Virus record (IMG/VR): IMGVR_UViG_3300009678_000016
Location: 1-48,126 of that record
DNA: 48,126 bases
From: a virus
Lineage: Duplodnaviria; Caudoviricetes
Reading direction: 5' to 3' (one strand)
The position numbers were made by a program, and so were the translations under genes. This document shows, piece by piece, positions 1 to 8,005 of this stretch. Position 1 is the first letter of the stretch. Each line of letters opens with the position of its first letter. Under the pieces are notes generated by a model that saw only the letters and a program-made list of their open reading frames with translations, ran no database searches and had not been told where the DNA came from.

Positions 1-123
1 ATCCAGTCCCACCCAGGGGACTCGAGTCCCGAACTCGATCCCCACGATACCCTCCGCCGGATCCGCTATAACGGCGATCGAGAGTTCGCCTCTGTCCTCG
101 GCGCAGAGCTTGCCGCCCGGGAA
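1..123. repeat. Terminal direct repeat, copy 1 (circular overlap)
   Basis: 1-123 is identical to 48004-48126. Confidence 0.95.
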
Positions 124-159
124 TTGACCGGTGGGCCCTGGTTTCTGATGGTCCGCCAT
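1..159 (-). CDS. Hypothetical 76-aa phage protein spanning the junction (159->1, continuing 48003->47932)
   Basis: Manual translation across the join gives MADHQKPGPTGQFPGGKLCAEDRGELSIAVIADPAEGIVGIEFGTRVPWVGLDPATARSLAAYLIECAKVVEAARN; -10-like TAAGAT 6 nt before the ATG. Confidence 0.75.
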   Translation of the reverse strand, partial: MADHQKPGPTGQFPGGKLCAEDRGELSIAVIADPAEGIVGIEFGTRVPWVGLD

Positions 160-200
160 TGGCCCATCTTACCAGCACATGGATGAGCCCACCCGTGCAA

Positions 201-227
201 CCGCGCCCCACGAGTGGATGGTTCAAA
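201..227 (+). repeat. Dispersed 27-bp motif, copy 1
   Basis: CCGCGCCCCACGAGTGGATGGTTCAAA followed by an A-tract. Confidence 0.9.
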
Positions 228-244
228 GGCAAAAAGCCGTAACC

Positions 245-252
245 GGCGATAC
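245..252 (+). promoter_or_regulatory. Putative sigma28-type -10 box (GGCGATAC) for the capsid operon
   Basis: Matches the GGCGATA motif seen before many late genes; intergenic, upstream of 384. Confidence 0.55.
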
Positions 253-383
253 ACACTCAGCAACGCGAAGCAGGCGCTTCTAAGTAATTGTTCCGCAAGG
301 ACACCCGGAAGCGGTCCTCCTCAGACTCCCAAGGTCTTCGCTCCAAAAGAGGAAACAGATTTCTCATTCAGGAGTGAACGACT

Positions 384-935
384 ATGGCCAACCGGGATAA
401 TCCCCACGGCTTCCGACCTTTGATGCGCTCGCTATCCGGCGGACCAGGCGCGGCGACAATGGGCGCGCACAAGCTGGTGGGCTACGGCACCGCGCTTTTC
501 ATCCACGACTGCATTACGCGCGTGGCCAGCGGCCTGAAGTACACGCAGGCGATTTCCGCGGCCATCACACCGGGCACAACCGTGATTGCCGGTGTGAACC
601 TGATCCACGGCGCGGCCTCGACCGCCACCGACCATATCATCGTGCCGGCGGCCGGCTACCAGGTCTTTGAAGCGCAGGACAACAAGGACACCGACGGCAT
701 CGGGGTCGCCGACGTGAACAAGAACTTCAATGTGGAGCTCAACGCCGGCAGCGCTATCACCAAGATTTCGGGCCACGAGATCGACGAATCGACCCTGAAC
801 ACCACCAACACACTGGACGCCAAGCTGGTGGGCATTTTCCGCTCCCCGGACAACCTGATCGATGCCAGTGGCTGGGTACGCGGCGAGTGCATCTTCAACC
901 GCGTGCAGTTCAGCGATCAGACCACGGCGGTCTAA
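384..935 (+). CDS. Capsid-associated (decoration/auxiliary) protein
   Basis: SD AGGAG; MANRDNPHGFRP N-terminus typical of genes directly before this MCP type; position. Confidence 0.65.
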   Translation: MANRDNPHGFRPLMRSLSGGPGAATMGAHKLVGYGTALFIHDCITRVASGLKYTQAISAAITPGTTVIAGVNLIHGAASTATDHIIVPAAGYQVFEAQDNKDTDGIGVADVNKNFNVELNAGSAITKISGHEIDESTLNTTNTLDAKLVGIFRSPDNLIDASGWVRGECIFNRVQFSDQTTAV

Positions 936-944
936 GGAGCCATC

Positions 945-1865
945 ATGCAAATCACAGGATCTTTCACTAACTTCTTCGACACCACGATGCTCCCCGCGAT
1001 CACCGGGAGCGTGTGGGAAGCGTTCGACGCCAAGCCCAAACAGGGGCTGATGCTGCTGGGCAACGAGAGCACGCAAAAGAAAATCATCCAGAAGGCCGGA
1101 GTGACCGGCGTCGGACTGCCCGCCCTGGTGCAGGAAGGCGCGGACACCGACACCGATACCTTCGTGCAGCTTCCGACCAAGACCTACCGCATCGCCAAAT
1201 ACGGCCTGGGTATCGGAGCTTCGCGCGAGCTTGTGGCCGACGATGAGCACGGCATCATCACCCAGCGCTCCGAAATGCTGGGCGAATCCATCGCCGAGTC
1301 GATCGAGATTCAGGCGTTCAGCGTCCTGAACAACGGTTTCGACGAGACCAACTTCCCCGGCCCGGACGGAAAAGCGCTTTTCTCGCTAACCCACCCGGCG
1401 TACAAAGCCGGCGGCGTGCGGATCAACCTGCTTTCTTCGGCCGCCGATCTGGACGTGGCGTCTCTCGAGCTGGCGCTGATCGACTACGAAAACATGGTCG
1501 ACCATCGCGGCTTCTTCCAGCGGCTGCCCACCCCGCGGCTTCTGGTCTCTCCCACTAACCGGTTCAACGCCTACGAAATCACCAAGAGCAATCAGCGGTC
1601 GGACACGGCGAACAATGCCGTGAACGCCTTCAAGTACGGCGAGAACGGCAACATCGAGCCCATGGTTTCGGCTTACATCACCGATCCGGATTCGTGGTTC
1701 CTGGTGGCTCCGAAGAAAAACGGAATGCTGTGGGTCTGGAGAGAGCGGCCTTACACCGCCAAGGACTATTTCGAGAAATCGGAAACCGGCGTGGTGTATC
1801 TCCGGTACCGCGCGGACTTCGGTTTCCACTCCGACCGCGGCGTCTACGGGACTCCAGGAGCCTAA
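945..1865 (+). CDS. Major capsid protein (Mu gpT-like family)
   Basis: SD AAGGAG; DGKALFSLTHP, DLDVASLELAL, YITDPDSWFL and terminal RGVYGTPGA motifs; 306 aa. Confidence 0.85.
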   Translation: MQITGSFTNFFDTTMLPAITGSVWEAFDAKPKQGLMLLGNESTQKKIIQKAGVTGVGLPALVQEGADTDTDTFVQLPTKTYRIAKYGLGIGASRELVADDEHGIITQRSEMLGESIAESIEIQAFSVLNNGFDETNFPGPDGKALFSLTHPAYKAGGVRINLLSSAADLDVASLELALIDYENMVDHRGFFQRLPTPRLLVSPTNRFNAYEITKSNQRSDTANNAVNAFKYGENGNIEPMVSAYITDPDSWFLVAPKKNGMLWVWRERPYTAKDYFEKSETGVVYLRYRADFGFHSDRGVYGTPGA

Positions 1866-1868
1866 CCC

Positions 1869-2444
1869 ATGGCGCGCAATCAGACCAAGCTATCGCGTCT
1901 CGTGCTGAACGCGAACCGGACGGACGCCAATGCCATCGCAACCGTGCCGCTGATCGTGAAGGCGGTAGCCGGGCAGACCGGGGACCTTCAGCAGTGGCAG
2001 GATTCGGCCGGCGCCATCTGGCAGCGCGTCGGACCCTCCACCAGCGCCTTCGGCATCGGGCTGCAGTTCCGGGTGGCCCGCGCGAAATACGACTTCTCCG
2101 TTGACGGCGGCGGCGCGCCCGGCCTGATCTCCCTCGCTACCACGGCGGTGATCCCGGATGACGCCATCGCCATCGGCGGCTGCATCAACTCGATTGTGGC
2201 CGGCGCGGGCGTAAACGCCACCATCGCATTCGGCACCTCGGCGGGTTCGGCCGCGAATTCGCTGAAGGCGGCTACGGCCGTGGCTTCCTTTACTACCGAC
2301 GCCCTTCTCGCGGTGGTTCCTCTGGCGGCGGCGAGCTTTTTCAAGATGACGGCCGCCGGCGAGATCACCATGACCACGGCAACCACGGCTCTGACCGCCG
2401 GACTCTTCGAAATCACGGTCTGGTACATCGTGGCGGCGGGGTAA
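1869..2444 (+). CDS. Virion structural protein, hypothetical
   Basis: Ala/Gly/Thr-rich ORF directly after the MCP. Confidence 0.65.
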   Translation: MARNQTKLSRLVLNANRTDANAIATVPLIVKAVAGQTGDLQQWQDSAGAIWQRVGPSTSAFGIGLQFRVARAKYDFSVDGGGAPGLISLATTAVIPDDAIAIGGCINSIVAGAGVNATIAFGTSAGSAANSLKAATAVASFTTDALLAVVPLAAASFFKMTAAGEITMTTATTALTAGLFEITVWYIVAAG

Positions 2445-2735
2445 ATGCCTGAGTCCATCCGGCCGACCGATGCACTGGCCAACGCGCCTCCCACTGGGGT
2501 GAGGCGCGTCGTCAATCAGCTCTATACCAATGACGGCTGCCTGATTGTGGAGCCGGTCACCGGCGCTCAGGTCGCACTGGGCGACGTGAACGGCAATGCA
2601 ATCTCGCTGGCCGGCGTGGTGCGGACGCTCGAGCTGCTGCTCGAACAGGCGAGGATCACCAATTTTCTGCTGGCTCAACTGAAAGAGCCCGGCACGATTT
2701 CAGAATTTCCATCAACGTACGGGGCAACCCAATAG
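2445..2735 (+). CDS. Hypothetical protein
   Basis: TAAATG coupling within the operon. Confidence 0.65.
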   Translation: MPESIRPTDALANAPPTGVRRVVNQLYTNDGCLIVEPVTGAQVALGDVNGNAISLAGVVRTLELLLEQARITNFLLAQLKEPGTISEFPSTYGATQ

Positions 2736-2748
2736 AGGAGTCAAAACG

Positions 2749-3354
2749 ATGTTGAGCGAAGTGCAAAAACTGTCGGGCAATGTGCCGGTTCCGGGCGGCG
2801 CCTACAACGAGATGCAGGTCTCCGACCGCATGGCCAAGTACTACAACATGGTCCGGAGCGGCAACGTGTTCTATGCGGCGACTCCGGCCGCGGTGACTAT
2901 TTCGCTGGCAGGCACCGCCGCCACCGGTTTCATTTTGTCCAATCCCAACGGCAGCGGCAAGAACCTGGTGCTCCTCGAGCTGCTGATTCACGCTGGCGCC
3001 GAACCGGCCGCGGTCGCGCCGTTCGTGCTGACCGGCAGCGCCACCGCCGTAGCCGTGACCCACACCACGCCCTTGAGCATTTTCAACGCGCTCTATACCG
3101 GCGTTGCGTCGGGCGCCAGTGTGGCCAAAGCGGACTCTTCGTCCACCATTCCGACCCCGGCGGTTCAGCGAATTGTCCCCGGCGGCGCCGCCTTCGTGGG
3201 TACCGCCGCATCCGCTCCGTGGGGTCCGATCATCCACGACAACATCGACGGGCTTCTGGTGCTCGCGCCTGGCACGGTGTGCGCGCTGCAAACCCTGACC
3301 ACGGCATTGCTCACCTCGCTGATCCAGATGACCTGGGCAGAAGAAATCGCCTAA
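2749..3354 (+). CDS. Virion structural protein, hypothetical
   Basis: SD GAGGAG; beta-rich composition. Confidence 0.7.
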   Translation: MLSEVQKLSGNVPVPGGAYNEMQVSDRMAKYYNMVRSGNVFYAATPAAVTISLAGTAATGFILSNPNGSGKNLVLLELLIHAGAEPAAVAPFVLTGSATAVAVTHTTPLSIFNALYTGVASGASVAKADSSSTIPTPAVQRIVPGGAAFVGTAASAPWGPIIHDNIDGLLVLAPGTVCALQTLTTALLTSLIQMTWAEEIA

Positions 3355-3369
3355 CCGCGGAGGTAACCG

Positions 3370-3813
3370 ATGGCTGCCGGCGCCTGGGTAATCTATCACG
3401 AGTTCAAAGCCTCGTTGGGCCAGAAGCTCATCGACATGGACAGCGACACGATCAAGATCGCGCTGTTTCTGTCCACGTCGAACGCCGGCGCCGCCTCGCT
3501 TGCAAGCGCGGTATACGCGACCCTCACCAATCAGCACGCCAACGGAAACGGCTACACCACCGGCGGGGCAACCGTCGTGTGCACGTTCAACAATTCGGGC
3601 GGTACCGTCACTTTCGATTCCGCGGACCCTTCGTGGACCATGTCGGGCGGGTCCCTGGTGGCGCGGTTCGCGGTGATCTATTCGGACACGGCGGCGAGTA
3701 AAAACCTGATCGCGTACTGCCTGCTCGACTCGGCTCCGGCGGATGTGACCGTGACCGACGGCAATACTCTGACCCTGCAAATCTCGGCAAGCGGCGTGTT
3801 CACAGCCGCGTAA
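3370..3813 (+). CDS. Virion structural protein (small tail/appendage type)
   Basis: SD GGAGG; DSDTIKIAL...GNGYTTGG...FDSADPSW pattern common in phage structural modules. Confidence 0.7.
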   Translation: MAAGAWVIYHEFKASLGQKLIDMDSDTIKIALFLSTSNAGAASLASAVYATLTNQHANGNGYTTGGATVVCTFNNSGGTVTFDSADPSWTMSGGSLVARFAVIYSDTAASKNLIAYCLLDSAPADVTVTDGNTLTLQISASGVFTAA

Positions 3814-3817
3814 CGCC

Positions 3818-5158
3818 ATGGCAAATTACTACGTCAGGAGCGCGGCGGCGGGCGCCGGGGACGGCTCGACCTGGGCGGACGCATTCACAACCATCACATT
3901 AGCCTTGAGCGGAAAGGCCGCGGGGGATGTGTTCTGGATCGCCGACGATCACGCCGAGAGCACGGCGGGCGCGGTGACCTTGACGTCGCCCGGAACGGCG
4001 GGGCTGCCCTGCCGGATTATCTGCGTCAATACCCACGCCACCGAACCGCCCACGGCCAAGGCCACCAGTGCGACGGTCACCGCTACCGGCACGGTCAACC
4101 TCTCGTTTGCCGCGGGATTCGCCTACTGCTACGGCATTACCTTCAATTGCGGCACGGGCTCATCCACGGTGGTTTTGCAGTGGTCTACCACCGCGGCGGG
4201 CTGGGAGATGGAAGCCTGCAAATTCAGCGTGCTCAGCTCCGGCGCATCCAGCCGGATCAATGTCGGCAATTCCACCGCCGGCGCGGCACAGATCCAGGTC
4301 ACCTGGAGGAATTGTACGGTGCGGTTCACTGGAGTGGCACAGGGGATCTCGCTCCGGGGAGCGCGGTTTTGCTGGTGGAACACGGCTACGGCGGTGGATG
4401 CCGCGGGAACCATTCCGACGACTCTGCTTCTACCCGGCAACCAATACGGCGGGCAGGCCGAAATTGCCGGGGTGGACCTGGTGGTGATCGACAGCGGGAA
4501 CAATCTGGTGGACGGCACGCAGGCGGTGCCTCACCGGATCCTGGTGCGCAACTGCAAGCTGGGGTCTTCCTTTACCACCATGACCGGCACGATCGTGGGA
4601 CCAGGCGGAACCGAAGTCTACGTAGAAAACTGCGACTCAGGTGACACCAATTACAAGATGGAGCACTACAAGTATCAGGGCTCCATCAAACAGGAAATCG
4701 TGATCGTGCGGACCTCCGGTGCTTCGGACGGCACCACGCCGATCAGTCACAAGATGGTCACCCTGGCCACCGGGCCGACGCTGTTCTCGCCGCTTGAAGG
4801 CCCTTGGATGGCGGCATGGTGCGATTCCACGGGCGCGAAGACAGTTACGGTCGAGATCGTGCACGACTCGGTTACCGCGCTCACCGACGCACAGGTCTGG
4901 CTAGAAGTGGAGTATCTGGGAGACGGCAGCTTCCCGCTATCGGCGTTCGCGAACGACCGGGTAGCGGATCACTTCGCGACCCCGGCGGATCAGACCGCCT
5001 CGGTAATCGCCTGGACCACAACCGGCATCACCGATGTGAACAAGCAGAAACTGGCAGTCGCCTTCACGGTGGCGGAAAAGGGACCGATTCGCGCCCGCGT
5101 TATGCTTGCGCTGGCAAGCAAGACCGTGTATGTGGATCCGCTCCTCACGGTGAGCTGA
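3818..5158 (+). CDS. Putative tail spike/appendage protein (beta-helix-like)
   Basis: N-terminal YYVRS..GAGDGSTWADAFTTI motif; 446 aa, beta-rich. Confidence 0.6.
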   Translation: MANYYVRSAAAGAGDGSTWADAFTTITLALSGKAAGDVFWIADDHAESTAGAVTLTSPGTAGLPCRIICVNTHATEPPTAKATSATVTATGTVNLSFAAGFAYCYGITFNCGTGSSTVVLQWSTTAAGWEMEACKFSVLSSGASSRINVGNSTAGAAQIQVTWRNCTVRFTGVAQGISLRGARFCWWNTATAVDAAGTIPTTLLLPGNQYGGQAEIAGVDLVVIDSGNNLVDGTQAVPHRILVRNCKLGSSFTTMTGTIVGPGGTEVYVENCDSGDTNYKMEHYKYQGSIKQEIVIVRTSGASDGTTPISHKMVTLATGPTLFSPLEGPWMAAWCDSTGAKTVTVEIVHDSVTALTDAQVWLEVEYLGDGSFPLSAFANDRVADHFATPADQTASVIAWTTTGITDVNKQKLAVAFTVAEKGPIRARVMLALASKTVYVDPLLTVS

Positions 5159-5159
5159 G

Positions 5160-5687
5160 ATGGCCCGCCAATACCTGATCGGCGGCGTTTATGTCAACGA
5201 CGCAACGGCGTACGAATACCTGATCGGCGGCGTCTTCGTTGGCGAGAGTTCGGGCGGAACAACCACCACGCTGACACCGGCGGCGGCCAGCCTCACGCTT
5301 ACCGGCTTCGCGCCAACCCTCAAATTTACGATTCCGGTGGCAGCCGGCTCGCTGGCTTTGACCGGATACGCGCCTATCCTCAAGCTCACGATTCCGGTGG
5401 CGGCTGGCAGTCTCGCGCTTACCGGGTTCGCACCCACGCTGAAGTTCACGATTCCGGTAGCGGCGGCAAGTCTGGTCCTGACCGGATACGCGCCAACGGT
5501 TCGGGTGGGGACGCTGCTGCAACCGGCCTCTGTCGCCCTGACCCTGACGGGGTTCGCGCCAACAGTGGTCAATACGACGCCGGATGTCGAATCGATTCAC
5601 AGCATCTTTCGTGCAGGACCTTCAGCCGCGGGCGGGGACGTTTTCAGGAGCGCGCAGAGTCCAGCCGGCGGGAAGATGTTCCGTTGA
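5160..5687 (+). CDS. Repeat-containing virion protein
   Basis: About five 20-aa repeats (SLxLTGFAPTLKFTIPVAA; 60-bp period) plus a duplicated YLIGGV. Confidence 0.7.
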   Translation: MARQYLIGGVYVNDATAYEYLIGGVFVGESSGGTTTTLTPAAASLTLTGFAPTLKFTIPVAAGSLALTGYAPILKLTIPVAAGSLALTGFAPTLKFTIPVAAASLVLTGYAPTVRVGTLLQPASVALTLTGFAPTVVNTTPDVESIHSIFRAGPSAAGGDVFRSAQSPAGGKMFR

Positions 5688-5956
5688 TAATGACGAAGAT
5701 ACGGCCACACCGCTCGACGGCATCCAATCCCGCCGAAATAGTAGCCTTCGCATTTCGAAAGCTCGTCCCACTGTTACTATCGCTCCCGTAAGGCCCACCC
5801 ACATACACCACTGACAGCCGCAGCTTTGGAATCGAGATCAGCTTCCCCGGTTTCCACAACAGCAGCTCCGGATCGAGGGCCGCGCCCGCGAGAAGGCCGC
5901 GGATCGAGGGCCGCGCCCGCGAGAAGGCCGAGAAGTCCGCGACGGCTGAGCTGCAT
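5644..5956 (-). pseudogene. Antisense gene frameshifted by a 31-bp tandem duplication
   Basis: Removing one repeat copy joins MQLSRRGLLGLLAGAALDP to ELLLWKPGKLISIPK...(ORF 5644-5859). Confidence 0.65.
5869..5930. repeat. Perfect 31-bp tandem duplication
   Basis: CGGATCGAGGGCCGCGCCCGCGAGAAGGCCG at 5869-5899 and 5900-5930. Confidence 0.95.
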
Positions 5957-5973
5957 GGCTCATACTACACCCT

Positions 5974-5981
5974 GGCGATAA
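5974..5981 (+). promoter_or_regulatory. Putative sigma28-type -10 box GGCGATAA
   Basis: 9 nt before ATG 5991. Confidence 0.65.
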
Positions 5982-5990
5982 CAGGGTGCG

Positions 5991-6854
5991 ATGACCTACG
6001 GCGGTCTGAAATTTCGTCTCACGAAAGCATTTCCCGGCGTCGATGCGGATCTGATCGAAGGCTGGATATCCGACCGTTACGGCGAAATCCTGGGAGTGCT
6101 TCCCTGGTCGCGTACAGCCGTCCAGTCGATCCTCCTGACCACCGCGCCCTATGCGACCGGCACAGTCGCGGTAACACTCGGCAGCGCCTCGGTGACGCTC
6201 ACATCGGGCACCTGGGTAACCGGCATGACCGGGAGGGCGTTCCGGGTGGGAACGCAGAACGAATTCTACGAGTTCACGTATGCCAGTTCAACTACCGGCA
6301 CGCTCGACCGGGTGTACGAAGAGACCACCGACGCAGCCGCGGCTTACAAGATTTTTCAATCCGTCTATCCGATGCCCACGAATTGCCGGATGCTGGAGGA
6401 CGATGCTTTCTCCACCTTCGAGCTGGGGCCGCTTGAGAGATTCAGCAGATCGCAGCTGAACGCCTCACAGCCCTACCGGAGCGAATACGGGACACCGCTC
6501 GCCTGGTCGCTGTATATGGAAGACGGAACCACCCCGCCCCGGATGCAGGTGGAGCTGTACCCGATTCCCGATGCGGCAATAGGGATCCCGTTCACTTACA
6601 CCGCCGAAGGAACGGCGCTCTCGACGAGCAGCCAAATCATTCAGGTGTGGATGCAGCCCGCGGCCTTGGTCGAAGGGACCACCGCCAAAATCAAGCGCCA
6701 TCTGAAAGATTACGCTGGCGCCCGCGAGCACGACGTTCAGGCGGCCGCCGCGCTGCAACTGATGCTTGGAGCCGAAGCGCAGGGCATGGCTCACATGCAG
6801 ATGCAGTTGAGCGATCACTACACGTCTTACCGCAGGGCCAGGACGTCGCGATAG
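5991..6854 (+). CDS. Head-tail adaptor / tail tubular A-like protein with an inserted beta domain
   Basis: GTPLAW and LYPIPDAA motifs; helical termini; position. Confidence 0.6.
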   Translation: MTYGGLKFRLTKAFPGVDADLIEGWISDRYGEILGVLPWSRTAVQSILLTTAPYATGTVAVTLGSASVTLTSGTWVTGMTGRAFRVGTQNEFYEFTYASSTTGTLDRVYEETTDAAAAYKIFQSVYPMPTNCRMLEDDAFSTFELGPLERFSRSQLNASQPYRSEYGTPLAWSLYMEDGTTPPRMQVELYPIPDAAIGIPFTYTAEGTALSTSSQIIQVWMQPAALVEGTTAKIKRHLKDYAGAREHDVQAAAALQLMLGAEAQGMAHMQMQLSDHYTSYRRARTSR

Positions 6855-7051
6855 CCGCGGCCGCGGATCGACTGAGCCGCCGAGGTCAAAGCAACCACCG
6901 CCGCGGTCGAGGCGTCCACGGATCCACCCAGCCAGTCGCCGCCGGCTATCCACTTTCCGTCGATGATCGCTTCGACGGCGCGCTCGACTTCCAAGGCGCA
7001 GGCTTCGCGTTCCGCGGCTACGGCCAGCTCCTCGGTCGTCACGGCTTCCAT
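6827..7051 (-). CDS. Small hypothetical protein with EREACA motif
   Basis: MEAVTTEELAVAAEREACALEV...SIRGRG; start placed at the ATG at 7051. Confidence 0.55.
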   Translation of the reverse strand: MEAVTTEELAVAAEREACALEVERAVEAIIDGKWIAGGDWLGGSVDASTAAVVALTSAAQSIRGRGYRDVLALR

Positions 7052-7055
7052 GATA

Positions 7056-7063
7056 GGCGATAA
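7056..7063 (+). promoter_or_regulatory. Putative sigma28-type -10 box GGCGATAA
   Basis: GGCGATAA-ACCAGC-GTG(7070), identical to the site at 12429. Confidence 0.7.
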
Positions 7064-7069
7064 ACCAGC

Positions 7070-7279
7070 GTGGATCCGAAGCGCATCTCCGGAGCAGCTC
7101 TTACCACCGCGCCCCCCGAGCAGAACGTTCAAAGCAAAAAGAAGTTCGAGGTTCAACGCTTCGAAGACCTGCAAAAAGCCGTATGGAAAGAGCGGGAAGC
7201 CTGCGCCCGCGTCGTAGAGAACTCACCCCTGGGCAGCTACATCGAAGACACGGCCGCCGAGATCCGGGCGAGGGAATAA
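7070..7279 (+). CDS. Small hypothetical protein with EREACA motif
   Basis: C-terminus EREACARVVENSPLGS..AAEIRAR is similar to the C-terminus of 28936-29367. Confidence 0.6.
   Translation: MDPKRISGAALTTAPPEQNVQSKKKFEVQRFEDLQKAVWKEREACARVVENSPLGSYIEDTAAEIRARE
7107..7133 (+). repeat. Dispersed 27-bp motif, copy 2
   Basis: CCGCGCCCCCCGAGCAGAACGTTCAAA plus A-tract; lies inside ORF 7070-7279. Confidence 0.9.
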
Positions 7280-7286
7280 CCGCCCT

Positions 7287-7294
7287 GGCGATAA
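7287..7294 (+). promoter_or_regulatory. Putative sigma28-type -10 box GGCGATAA
   Basis: 6 nt before GTG 7301. Confidence 0.7.
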
Positions 7295-7300
7295 CCGCCT

Positions 7301-8005
7301 GTGACCTGTCTCGAGATCTCCCGCCGAATTCTGGAGCGAATCGACGACGATCCGGACGACCCCTCCTCAGCCACCGAAGCCGAAGTTATCGCCGCGATCC
7401 AGGAAGGCCAGGAGCTGATGGCGCTTCTGACCTTGTGCCTTGAAACGACAGCCACCCTGACCCTGGCGGCGAGTACGCCATTCGCCTCGATGCGGGGGAC
7501 GTTCCCCAATTTCCTGGTGCCTCTCAGAATGCAAATCGGGGGAGTGCGGGTGCGGCCGGCGACCCTGGCGGATCTCGATTCGCTGAACGACGCATGGCAG
7601 TCCACGGCGGGAACCCCGACCCGCTACGGCACGGCGGGCTTCAATTTCTTCTGGGTCACTCCGCAGCCAACCGTGAGCACCGACGCCGATCTGACCTACG
7701 CAAAGTCTCCCGCGCCGATGGTGCAGGACGATTTCCCGGAAGTTCCGGTTGCCTACCACATGTCGCTCGTGCGGTACGGCGTCTACAAAGTCCGGCTGAA
7801 GGAAGGGGCGCAGGGCCTCGAGCGCGGAGTGGTCGAGCTGAACCGGTTCCTCGACGACTGCCAGCAGCTCGGGGACTTCGTGCGAGCGAAAAGCCAGGCA
7901 GCCCGGTACGACGTGTTGCCGTTCGAACTCAAGCTCTACGACCGCTCGCGGCTGATCGCAAAAGTGAAGGAGAAGGCATGGCAGCGCAATACCCCACCGC
8001 AGTAG
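7301..8005 (+). CDS. Head-tail adaptor-like protein (second)
   Basis: LDSLNDAWQSTAGTPTRY and VTPQP motifs; N-terminal helices. Confidence 0.6.
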   Translation: MTCLEISRRILERIDDDPDDPSSATEAEVIAAIQEGQELMALLTLCLETTATLTLAASTPFASMRGTFPNFLVPLRMQIGGVRVRPATLADLDSLNDAWQSTAGTPTRYGTAGFNFFWVTPQPTVSTDADLTYAKSPAPMVQDDFPEVPVAYHMSLVRYGVYKVRLKEGAQGLERGVVELNRFLDDCQQLGDFVRAKSQAARYDVLPFELKLYDRSRLIAKVKEKAWQRNTPPQ

